A DNA stretch of 35,957 nucleotides from a virus. Its lineage: Duplodnaviria; Caudoviricetes. Below are positions 17,233 to 24,693 of this stretch, piece after piece. The stretch lies in IMG/VR virus record IMGVR_UViG_3300020043_002360, positions 1 to 35,957 of that record, one strand, 5' to 3'. The notes under the pieces were generated by a model. It worked only from the letters and a program-made list of their open reading frames with translations. It was not told where the DNA came from and did no database searches. How positions within the stretch are numbered: position 1 is the first letter of the stretch; each line of letters starts with the position of its first letter. A program made the position numbers and the translations under genes.

Positions 17233-17394
17233 TTACTCCAAAAGAATTAAGCCACCGTCTTCTTGGACGAGGTTGTCGTTATTTTCACACAGCAAGTTGC
17301 CGATAATGATCTCGGCATGCTTTCCAGAAACCAGCGTGGCAATACCGCCAAGGCCAAGGCCCAGTGCATTGCGAAGTGCAACACCAAAGCTCAT
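17233..17394 (-). CDS. Small virion-associated protein (53 aa)
   Basis: Hand-translated MSFGVALRNALGLGLGGIATLVSGKHAEIIIGNLLCENNDNLVQEDGGLILLE. ATGA overlap upstream and 3-nt gap downstream. Confidence 0.75.
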   Translation of the reverse strand: MSFGVALRNALGLGLGGIATLVSGKHAEIIIGNLLCENNDNLVQEDGGLILLE

Positions 17395-17693
17395 TGCTTG
17401 TTAATCGGTTTGCAGTAAATCGATCCAGCGTCAGCCACTTGGATAGCACTGACGCGCCAAGGAGCGCCAGTGCCCATTGGTAAGTAGAACGGAATCGGCG
17501 TGTATGCAGGGATTGGCGTGCTAGCCGTGGTGGCCACCGCAGCGGGGCCAATCTCTACATAGCAGGGGGTTGTAGACCAGACCACTACGCCTTCAGGGCC
17601 GGGGTTCCAAGCAGTGGTATTGCCCGCAGAACCGCTGTAGGACACGGTGCGGCCCGGAAAATCAGCTTGTGATAGAGGGTTCAAAAGTTCCAT
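17391..17693 (-). CDS. Hypothetical (probable virion) protein, 100 aa
   Basis: AAGGA RBS, beta-rich sequence, located in the late operon. Confidence 0.75.
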   Translation of the reverse strand: MELLNPLSQADFPGRTVSYSGSAGNTTAWNPGPEGVVVWSTTPCYVEIGPAAVATTASTPIPAYTPIPFYLPMGTGAPWRVSAIQVADAGSIYCKPINKQ

Positions 17694-17702
17694 GATGCGT
17701 CC

Positions 17703-18065
17703 TTATGCCAAAAAGCGAAGTTTGTACAGAGTGCGAAGATAAATCTCAATGATGTTGTCAATGAGCTGCTGCAAAGATGAGTCGGATTTGTCAACCACCT
17801 CATATCGAGCGTCTTCAATTTCTTTTAGCGAGTCTTCCAAGAATTCAATGATGTTAGCCGTCTTTTTAGCCGAATGCAAAGTAATTGGCCCCATCAGGCC
17901 ATGCCGGCCTTGATAGGCTTCAGCAAAATCATCAGCCGCGCCAATGATTCGGTCGTAGAAAATGTTGAGCGCCACATGTTTGCTGTAGCTGCGGGTGTTC
18001 AAATGCACTGAGTGTGCTACGTCCCGCGCCAAAAACAATAAACCTAAAAAATCACACGCTTTCAT
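17703..18065 (-). CDS. Dps/ferritin-like four-helix protein
   Basis: H18-x2-H21...H30-x14-D45-x3-E49 matches the Dps ferroxidase ligand spacing. C-terminal LYKLRFL. ATGA-coupled to the portal gene. Confidence 0.75.
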   Translation of the reverse strand: MKACDFLGLLFLARDVAHSVHLNTRSYSKHVALNIFYDRIIGAADDFAEAYQGRHGLMGPITLHSAKKTANIIEFLEDSLKEIEDARYEVVDKSDSSLQQLIDNIIEIYLRTLYKLRFLA

Positions 18066-20224
18066 TGTGGCATCCCTTGTTGTTCGGGCATCATCTCACT
18101 CTGATCTCGGCCAGGCATTTCGCTCACCAAGTCACCTGATGTGATCATGCCATGCACCGTACCCAAGACTATATCTTGAATTTGCTCTGGTGACATGCTG
18201 GCCTGCACTTGGGCCAAACGCTTGGTCTCAGCCTCGTATGCCTTGACTTGGGCTTCAAAATCCTTGCGCTCTTGCTCTTGCACTTCGATGGACTTGCCCA
18301 CGTTTTTGATCATCTGGTGCATCTGCTCCATCTCTTGGCCCATGGCTTGCATCTGCTGCTGTGCGGCTTGCAATGCCGGGTTGTCCTCGCCGTCTGACAA
18401 GAACTTGGGATCAATGGTCTTGGCAAAGCGCTTGGACATTTCTTGGGCGCCTGGCCAATCCATGTTCTTGACAAACAGGTCACCGGCCACAGCCCACAGT
18501 TGAGGATTGCCTTGCAACAGTTGTGCCATTGCTTCCAATGCCTCTTGACGTTTGGTCGCGTAGCCTGGGCCAGTGATCGCCACCACGTCGTACTTGCCGA
18601 CGCCGGGGTTGTAGATTTTCTCGATCACAATCCCGCGCTCGTCCATGATCTTGTTGACCGGCTGCTGTTGCTCGGGGTTGATCTTGATCATCTTGGTTTC
18701 GCCATCTTCACCGATGATGCGAGCAATGCGCTGGGTGTCGTAAATTTTAGGAATCAAGTCCACCAGTTGGCGGGCCACATGGCGCACGCCACGGGCTAGG
18801 TTATCCCCGTAATGGTATGTGCCCACATCGCCTTCGCGCTGGCGCGCCAGAATGGCTTTGCCACTGCGCTCGTTGGAGCCCATGCCCAAACTGGCGTTGT
18901 ATTGCCCTGTGGTACTTTTGATGTCTTCAGACGCCCCTGCCTTGGCCTGCAATAGGCCGCTGGAGGCCATCGGAGGCTGTGCCCGCTGGGGTAGTGGCAA
19001 CATGCCGCCTTGACCGTCTGTAACGTCTGGATTGACCTCCAAATACGGCCAGTTCTGCGTGTTGGCGGTCTTCCATTGCTGTTCGTAGCCTTCAAACTGG
19101 CCACCGTAGCCAATAAATGGGGCTTTGGGGGCCAAGGCCAGCATCTCGGCCTCTTGGCTGACCCAGTAGTTGTACATGCGCTGGGCGTCCTTGGCGTTGC
19201 GCACCAAACCCGACACGTACAAGCGACCGTCAACCTCAAATTCATTGCCCACGATGCGAATCACGGGGATGTACTTGCCCGCCCACTCGCGCTCTTCAAG
19301 GATTTCATACCCGTTGATCTTGCAGTATTTGACCTTCGGACGGTCAGATTCGCGTGACTTCTTGGGTTTACCGTAAATCGCCCGCAGTTGCTTGTCCTCT
19401 GGCGTACCTTCAAACGCCGTGGCGTTACCAGGGTACAGGTTCAGCGTTGTGCGGTCAAAGTCGATGTAGTAGTAGTCCGCGATGCGGATCGTGTCTTCAT
19501 TGAGCCAGTTGCTGATCGACTGATCGCCCACACCCAGCGACTGCAAGGTCGTGATGGGCGACGCATCTGGGTACATCCGCTCAAACTCGGCCTTGGTCAC
19601 ATCTTCAGTGACAAAGCACCACTTGGCATCCGCGCCGGTCGGGTCTTGAATTGTGGGATCCATGTAGACCGAAAAAGAGTTGCGCACACGGCCAATCTTG
19701 ATGTCTTGATCAAACGTGTTGTCTTCGCAATACTCGGTCAGCAGGCGAAGGTAACCTTCGCCGTAAGAAACTTGGTTTTCGCAGGCAGTGTCGTAGGCCA
19801 CATCGGCGTCGCTGATGTACTCAATGTGCCGAATCATGCCGTTAAAAATGTCGGCCACTTCCACGTCAGCGTTGTCATCCACCGGGATGACCTTGGCGCC
19901 GGGACGGTTCTGGCGCTGGTCGTTGGTGACTTGGCGCACATGCTGGGGCAGCTTGTTGATCGTCAGACACGGGCGGGCGTTGATGGTTTGCCCTTGCACC
20001 GCGCCACGGGTGGCCAGCACATCGGCGGGCCACTGCCAATGGTTGTCAGGCGAGCCGGCGTAAAAGCGCAGATCGTCGATCTCATCTTCGCGGCTCTCGG
20101 CAAGCGCGGACACCGCCAGATCAAGCCTGGCACGGGCTGTGGCCAAGATGTCAGACGCGCTTTTCTTTGGTTTACCGCCTTCGGCCACTGCGCCAGCAGC
20201 CGCAACGCCTGTGAAGTCTGCCAT
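18062..20224 (-). CDS. Portal protein (P22-like)
   Basis: 720 aa. RPCLTINKL, GLVRNAKDAQRMYNYW, SGKAILARQREG and GKYDVV..GPGYATKRQEA motifs, with a C-terminal Gln-rich barrel. Confidence 0.95.
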   Translation of the reverse strand: MADFTGVAAAGAVAEGGKPKKSASDILATARARLDLAVSALAESREDEIDDLRFYAGSPDNHWQWPADVLATRGAVQGQTINARPCLTINKLPQHVRQVTNDQRQNRPGAKVIPVDDNADVEVADIFNGMIRHIEYISDADVAYDTACENQVSYGEGYLRLLTEYCEDNTFDQDIKIGRVRNSFSVYMDPTIQDPTGADAKWCFVTEDVTKAEFERMYPDASPITTLQSLGVGDQSISNWLNEDTIRIADYYYIDFDRTTLNLYPGNATAFEGTPEDKQLRAIYGKPKKSRESDRPKVKYCKINGYEILEEREWAGKYIPVIRIVGNEFEVDGRLYVSGLVRNAKDAQRMYNYWVSQEAEMLALAPKAPFIGYGGQFEGYEQQWKTANTQNWPYLEVNPDVTDGQGGMLPLPQRAQPPMASSGLLQAKAGASEDIKSTTGQYNASLGMGSNERSGKAILARQREGDVGTYHYGDNLARGVRHVARQLVDLIPKIYDTQRIARIIGEDGETKMIKINPEQQQPVNKIMDERGIVIEKIYNPGVGKYDVVAITGPGYATKRQEALEAMAQLLQGNPQLWAVAGDLFVKNMDWPGAQEMSKRFAKTIDPKFLSDGEDNPALQAAQQQMQAMGQEMEQMHQMIKNVGKSIEVQEQERKDFEAQVKAYEAETKRLAQVQASMSPEQIQDIVLGTVHGMITSGDLVSEMPGRDQSEMMPEQQGMPQ

Positions 20225-20400
20225 TATTTGATCTTGTTAAGGACTTTGTCCACCGTTGCCTTGACATTGTTGCCCGATGGAATCGTGGCATGGCAGTTGG
20301 CCGTAGGTGAATAAGTCTCTTTGTTGCGTGCTGGCATGCCAGCGCCCGACAGTTTGGGTTCGCGGCTGTTCAGTTTAGCAATAGGGGCAAGCGTTTTCAT
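20224..20400 (-). CDS. Small basic protein (58 aa)
   Basis: Hand-translated MKTLAPIAKLNSREPKLSGAGMPARNKETYSPTANCHATIPSGNNVKATVDKVLNKIK. Overlaps both neighbours at stop/start. Confidence 0.7.
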   Translation of the reverse strand: MKTLAPIAKLNSREPKLSGAGMPARNKETYSPTANCHATIPSGNNVKATVDKVLNKIK

Positions 20401-20534
20401 TTCTTTCCTTTCGGGGCTGCACGTTTGACGGCATACGCAATTGCCACGGCCTGCTTGACGGGCTTGCCCGCCTTGATTTCAGCCTTGACGTTCTTGCGGA
20501 ATGCTTCGGGAGTTTTGGATTTGACAAGCGGCAT
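20397..20534 (-). CDS. Small basic protein (45 aa)
   Basis: Hand-translated MPLVKSKTPEAFRKNVKAEIKAGKPVKQAVAIAYAVKRAAPKGKK, including the KQAVAIA motif common in phage head regions. Confidence 0.8.
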   Translation of the reverse strand: MPLVKSKTPEAFRKNVKAEIKAGKPVKQAVAIAYAVKRAAPKGKK

Positions 20535-20535
20535 G

Positions 20536-20688
20536 TTACTTCTTCTTTGCAGTTTTGGCCGACTCTTTGAAAGCCTTGGCTGTAGGGGCGCCGGGCGAGC
20601 CGGGCTTCCTCATCTTTTCTTTACTGCCAGCGGCGATACGTGCCTGTTTTGCGTGAATGTTGGCATAAAGCCCAGGTTTGGTGGCCAT
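20536..20688 (-). CDS. Small basic protein (50 aa)
   Basis: MATKPGLYANIHAKQARIAAGSKEKMRKPGSPGAPTAKAFKESAKTAKKK. Confidence 0.8.
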   Translation of the reverse strand: MATKPGLYANIHAKQARIAAGSKEKMRKPGSPGAPTAKAFKESAKTAKKK

Positions 20689-20689
20689 A

Positions 20690-20944
20690 TTAACACTTCC
20701 ATCGTTTGAGTGACGCTTTGGCGCGTTCAGCATCGCCTTTGGCATGCTTGACTACGCCTTCCATGCGGGCGCAGAAACTGGCTTTGCGGCCAGCATCTGC
20801 TTTGGTCTTGGGGTTGGGTGCTGGCGCCTTGAGGTTGGAACCTGTGGCGGCGTTGTACTTAGCGCGGCCCTTCTCAGTCAGACCTGCGCCCTTGGACACC
20901 GGCAACTTTTCGCCGCGACCGACTGACAAAGAAACCTTCTTCAT
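20690..20944 (-). CDS. Small basic protein (DUF6321-like)
   Basis: GAGLTEKGRAKYN...NLKAP...RKASFCARMEG...SLKRWKC. ATGA overlap with terL. Confidence 0.8.
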   Translation of the reverse strand: MKKVSLSVGRGEKLPVSKGAGLTEKGRAKYNAATGSNLKAPAPNPKTKADAGRKASFCARMEGVVKHAKGDAERAKASLKRWKC

Positions 20945-22464
20945 GCGCCCATCCATCCTGTAGACACTGCGCTACCGTAGCTTCTGGCGGTGCGCTTGGG
21001 TTCGACATACTCACGATGTGCCACTGGAAAGGCAAACGTGACGCAGATAGCGTCAGCAGCGTCGGGTGAGGCAAGACCGCGAGCTTTCATTTCCTTTTTG
21101 CTTTCCAAGAAGATTGTTCCCCGTGAATCAGGCTTCATCATAGGCGAAATCAAGTCCGTCTTCAAGAACCTGTCGTTGGGGATACTAGCAGATTTCAGCC
21201 ATTCTCGCATATCTCCCCACATCTGCGCGCGCATATTACCGTACATGATCGGGTTTTTGGCCTTATTCCCAAAGTTTATGCCCTTGACCTTGTACCGCTG
21301 CTCTTTGAGCCTGTCCACAATGCCCGCCCCCAGCCCGCCTTCGTCGATCACGACCAGCGCCGGCTTAAACTCCTCAATTGCCTCGATCACATACCCGACC
21401 ACCGTCATGGTGTCGTCGCCCCTGTGGCGCATGATCTTGACAATATCCCGCCCTTGCCTAACGGCAATGACCGTAGCGTCCGCACCAAACCGCGCCGGGT
21501 CTACGCCGATCACGATTGGGGCGCTGGCGTCTTTGTACTTGGGCCGGGCCATGGCGTCGTCCACTATGTCGGCGCCGATGAACTGGTCATCGCCCGCGCT
21601 TGGAAACATGCCGTAGACCTCAACGTGCGCCTGTGATGAGTCAGGCCCATATTCGTCAATGATTCGGTTGTAGACCGCTTTGTCGGTGCCTTCGACCGTC
21701 CTGGCGTCCACGATTCTGGTGCGCCAAAATGCCCGTTTGGAGTTAAACGCCTCGTAAAAGTACCCGGTGTTGCGCCGTGGGTTACTGAAAGCCAACCAAA
21801 AGCGGTTTGGCGTGTTTTCTGTGAAAAAGCCGCCCGTCACCGCCCAGATGGAGTCGTCGATACCGCTGGCTTCGTCAAAAACCACCAACACACCGTCAAA
21901 GTTGTGGACACCTGCGTAGGCGTCGGGATTCTCGGCTGACCACAGCCGCCCTTCCACGCCCCAGTAGCGCGTGCCTTTCTTCAAATCCCGCTCGACCAGT
22001 TCAGTCAGCCACTTGGCCGGCATCACTCTGGTGGCTGAGACTTCAAACCAGTGTGAGTTGATGGCCATGGCCAGCCACTTGGTGATTTCGGCCCAGGTGA
22101 TTGAGCGTAGCTGGGACTCGCTGTTGGCCGATATGATGGTCGTAGATCCAATCCTGGTGGCCAGCATCCAGATCGTGATCCAACTCACCAACGCCGACTT
22201 GCCAATACCCCGGCCAGATGAGATGGCTTCTTGCAGCACATCAAAGTCAGCCTTGCCTTGGTTTAGTTTGATGTGCTCGGCAATGTCCAGCAGCACCTCG
22301 CGCTGCCATTTGCGCGGGCCGGTGAAGTGTTCCAGCGGCGTGCCCTTGACGCCCCAGGGAAAAGCAAACATCACAAACGCTAAAGGGTTGTCCTTGATCG
22401 CCGGGCTCCACAGCCGGGCCATCAGCTCTTGTTCGTCTTCAGCGCTGTACTTGGTGCTCTGCAT
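20941..22464 (-). CDS. terL: Terminase large subunit
   Basis: Walker A SGRGIGKS, Walker B VVFDEA, coupling motif SNP, RNase H nuclease IGVDPA and SPDAADA. Confidence 0.97.
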   Translation of the reverse strand: MQSTKYSAEDEQELMARLWSPAIKDNPLAFVMFAFPWGVKGTPLEHFTGPRKWQREVLLDIAEHIKLNQGKADFDVLQEAISSGRGIGKSALVSWITIWMLATRIGSTTIISANSESQLRSITWAEITKWLAMAINSHWFEVSATRVMPAKWLTELVERDLKKGTRYWGVEGRLWSAENPDAYAGVHNFDGVLVVFDEASGIDDSIWAVTGGFFTENTPNRFWLAFSNPRRNTGYFYEAFNSKRAFWRTRIVDARTVEGTDKAVYNRIIDEYGPDSSQAHVEVYGMFPSAGDDQFIGADIVDDAMARPKYKDASAPIVIGVDPARFGADATVIAVRQGRDIVKIMRHRGDDTMTVVGYVIEAIEEFKPALVVIDEGGLGAGIVDRLKEQRYKVKGINFGNKAKNPIMYGNMRAQMWGDMREWLKSASIPNDRFLKTDLISPMMKPDSRGTIFLESKKEMKARGLASPDAADAICVTFAFPVAHREYVEPKRTARSYGSAVSTGWMGA

Positions 22465-22879
22465 GTGTTAGCTTGTTTAGTGATGGCTCATGGGCGATGA
22501 CATCAATGACCCTGGACTCGGCGTCGCGCAGCGCCTGGGTGACCGAGATGCGCTGATCAACATCAATAGTGATAGATTGCTTGGCCACCCAGCCGTGGAC
22601 GTTCTGGAGTATGGCCAACGCCGCTTTGGAGTCGCCCTCTCGCGCTGCCTTGTGCAAACACTGAGACATTTCCATCTCAGCGTCTGCTTTGCCCTTTTGC
22701 GCGGCCATCTCCGCAATGGGGTCAAGCTGCACCAGTTGCCGGTATTCGGCGGGCAACATGCCAGAGGCCAACGCCAACGAGTCGCCTTTCAGCCCCAACT
22801 TGGCAGCTTCGTAGATGCGGGTTAAGCGCGCCTCAGTCGCTTCGACCTTGCGCGGTGCAAAAGGTAGGCTTTCAAACAT
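22439..22879 (-). CDS. terS: Putative terminase small subunit
   Basis: Helical protein directly upstream of and overlapping terL, with an HTH-like N-terminus and AAREGDSKAALAIL..HGW. Start at MFESLPF. Confidence 0.7.
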   Translation of the reverse strand: MFESLPFAPRKVEATEARLTRIYEAAKLGLKGDSLALASGMLPAEYRQLVQLDPIAEMAAQKGKADAEMEMSQCLHKAAREGDSKAALAILQNVHGWVAKQSITIDVDQRISVTQALRDAESRVIDVIAHEPSLNKLTHAEHQVQR

Positions 22880-22885
22880 GTGCCG

Positions 22886-22894
22886 AATATAACA
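22886..22894 (-). promoter_or_regulatory. Extended -10 promoter (TGtTATATT) of the late operon, probably leaderless
   Basis: Lies 6 nt upstream of the terS ATG. No SD. AT-tract upstream. Confidence 0.55.
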
Positions 22895-22912
22895 AAAATT
22901 TTTAAAAAAATC

Positions 22913-23411
22913 TGTGGGTCGTGTGGGCAATGTGGGCTATTAAAAATTTTGTTCACGGCCCCTCCGCTGCCGTGACCTTTGGCGCTCGGCCCTACCCGGG
23001 GGCCCTCAAGCAAACAGCAATGCCATGGCGGCCACCAGCCGACAACCTTACAGAACCTTACAATGTAGTACTTTAGTGGGGGGCAATGTGGGCAGTGTCC
23101 ACACAACCCAGTGGCTCGCTGGCCGGTGTCATGTGGCCATGTGGCCATGACCATGCGCGGGCATTTGTGGACAATGTGGGCAATGTACCCACGCATTTTT
23201 AATCGCTCGCCAAACGAGGGGTTGTGAGCATTCGTGAGCTCTACAACCTACTGTATAGTTACTTAGTATTACATATATTTTTAGATTAATTGACTTGAAA
23301 ACCCTTTGCCCACATTGTCCACAAACCAGATTCTCAGAGGGAAAACAAGCCATTTGCGCATCGCCCCACGTTGTCCACGCCATGCCCACACAATCGCCCA
23401 CATTGTCCACA
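22913..23411. repeat. Array of 9-mer TTG(C/T)CCACA-type repeats in inverted arrangement around an AT-rich core (putative origin)
   Basis: TGTGGRCAA-type copies at 22913, 22922, 22931, 23087, 23166 and 23175. TTGYCCACA-type copies at 23306, 23315, 23371, 23382, 23394 and 23403. AT-rich stretch at ~23250-23300. Confidence 0.85.
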
Positions 23412-23415
23412 ACGC

Positions 23416-23433
23416 ATTAGGGTTTGCCCTAAT
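23416..23433. promoter_or_regulatory. Palindrome ATTAGGG-TTTG-CCCTAAT (operator-like)
   Basis: Perfect 7-bp arms, upstream of the first early gene. Confidence 0.55.
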
Positions 23434-23516
23434 ATACAAACGCTAAACAATGCCTTACGCTACGAGGGCGCGAAAGCGCAGCAAAACTCTATTCCACTAA
23501 ACGAAAGGTCAACGCC

Positions 23517-23897
23517 ATGTCTACTTTGCCCACAAAACCCAAAAAACTCAGCCCCACGCAGCTCGCCAAGTGGCTGCGCTCGCTGCCCGAAACCATGAAT
23601 CTTTGGGAGCTGTGCGATAACGGTTATACCGTTCAGCAGGCTAATTTTGCGCTCGCCCATTACGCGGCCACAAAACAAGCTGCGATTAAATTAAACGAAG
23701 ATTTGCGCGCCGTTGACCCCGCGTTAACCGCCAGCGCTGAATCTGACGCTGGCGAGAATATGCGCGCCGAGCTGCGCGATCCGAGCACTCTCGGCCATTG
23801 GGATCATTATTTTCAACATCTCACTGGCGCGGCCGGATGCCATTGGGAAATGGCAGGGCGCGACCTTAACGCTGAAATCGGCCGCGTTGTTTATTAA
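23517..23897 (+). CDS. Hypothetical early protein (126 aa)
   Basis: GAAAGG RBS. First ORF of the plus-strand cluster. Confidence 0.8.
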   Translation: MSTLPTKPKKLSPTQLAKWLRSLPETMNLWELCDNGYTVQQANFALAHYAATKQAAIKLNEDLRAVDPALTASAESDAGENMRAELRDPSTLGHWDHYFQHLTGAAGCHWEMAGRDLNAEIGRVVY

Positions 23898-23960
23898 ATT
23901 TAGAATCCCGAGCTCGGCCACCGGCCGCGCTCATTCACTCAAATAATCGAAAGGTTAACC

Positions 23961-24623
23961 ATGCAAGTACATCTCACACTCAAAAGCGCAAACGCTAAAA
24001 CCGGCCCGATCCCGGTTTCAACCACTGAGCGCGCCAGCTGCCCGCCCGATTGCGCCATGCGCGCCGAATGCTACGCGGCCAGCGGGCCGCTGGCCTTGCA
24101 TTGGGCCGCTGTCAGCGCTGGCACGCGCGGCACGTCATGGGGCCAATTTTGCGAGACCATCGCGCAGCTGCCCGATGGCCAGCTGTGGCGCCACAATCAG
24201 GCGGGCGATCTGCCCACGGCCAGCGGTTCGGTTGACGCTGTCAAATTAGGCCAGCTGGTGGCCGCCAACGCTGGCAAACGCGGGTTCACGTATTCGCACC
24301 ATCGCGATGCGGCCAGCATCGCATGGATCCGCCATGCCAACACATGGGGTTTCACTGTCAATCTGTCAGCCAATGATCTCGCTGACGCTGACGCGCTGGC
24401 CGATCACCAAGCGGGCCCGGTGGTGGTGGTCTTACCGTCAACGCAAACCACTAACACCACCACGCCAGCGGGCCGACCGGTGGTTATCTGTCCGGCCACG
24501 CAGCGAGATGACGTGTCATGCGCCACCTGTCAGCTGTGCCAGCGCCAGCGCGCGGCCATTGTGGGATTCCCGGCCCATGGCTCACGCCACCGGGTGATCA
24601 ATCTGCGTTTGGCCAATGCCTGA
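23961..24623 (+). CDS. Radical-SAM-like / phage gp88-like Cys-motif protein
   Basis: N-terminal NAKTG...C-x3-C-x5-CYA, RHNQAGD, FTYSH, TVNLSA and C-terminal CPA-x7-C-x2-C-x2-C...GFPAHG. Confidence 0.7.
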   Translation: MQVHLTLKSANAKTGPIPVSTTERASCPPDCAMRAECYAASGPLALHWAAVSAGTRGTSWGQFCETIAQLPDGQLWRHNQAGDLPTASGSVDAVKLGQLVAANAGKRGFTYSHHRDAASIAWIRHANTWGFTVNLSANDLADADALADHQAGPVVVVLPSTQTTNTTTPAGRPVVICPATQRDDVSCATCQLCQRQRAAIVGFPAHGSRHRVINLRLANA

Positions 24624-24693
24624 CCTTATGCGGCCGTCACTGGCCGCATTGGGGCGCGCATTGGTGCACGCTATAACCTCGAAAGGTAAAGTT

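Noticed and set aside
19388-20314. 308-aa ORF antisense to the portal (and similar ones opposite terL, gp10-like, pol and primase)
   Set aside because: Antisense shadows of well-supported genes in GC-rich sequence.
22822-23410. Minus-strand ORFs of 124 and 93 aa with apparent CxxC motifs (CGHCPHC, CGQCGQ)
   Set aside because: The Cys/His patterns are translations of the TGTGGGCAA/TTGCCCACA repeats. The region is best read as non-coding.
22913-23411. Possible CRISPR array
   Set aside because: Repeats are 9 nt, irregularly spaced and in both orientations, with no repeat-spacer periodicity.
23434-23500. tRNA or self-cleaving ribozyme in intergenic regions
   Set aside because: No cloverleaf or hammerhead core was recognised by eye, only simple hairpins. 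An Infernal/Rfam scan would be needed to exclude one formally.
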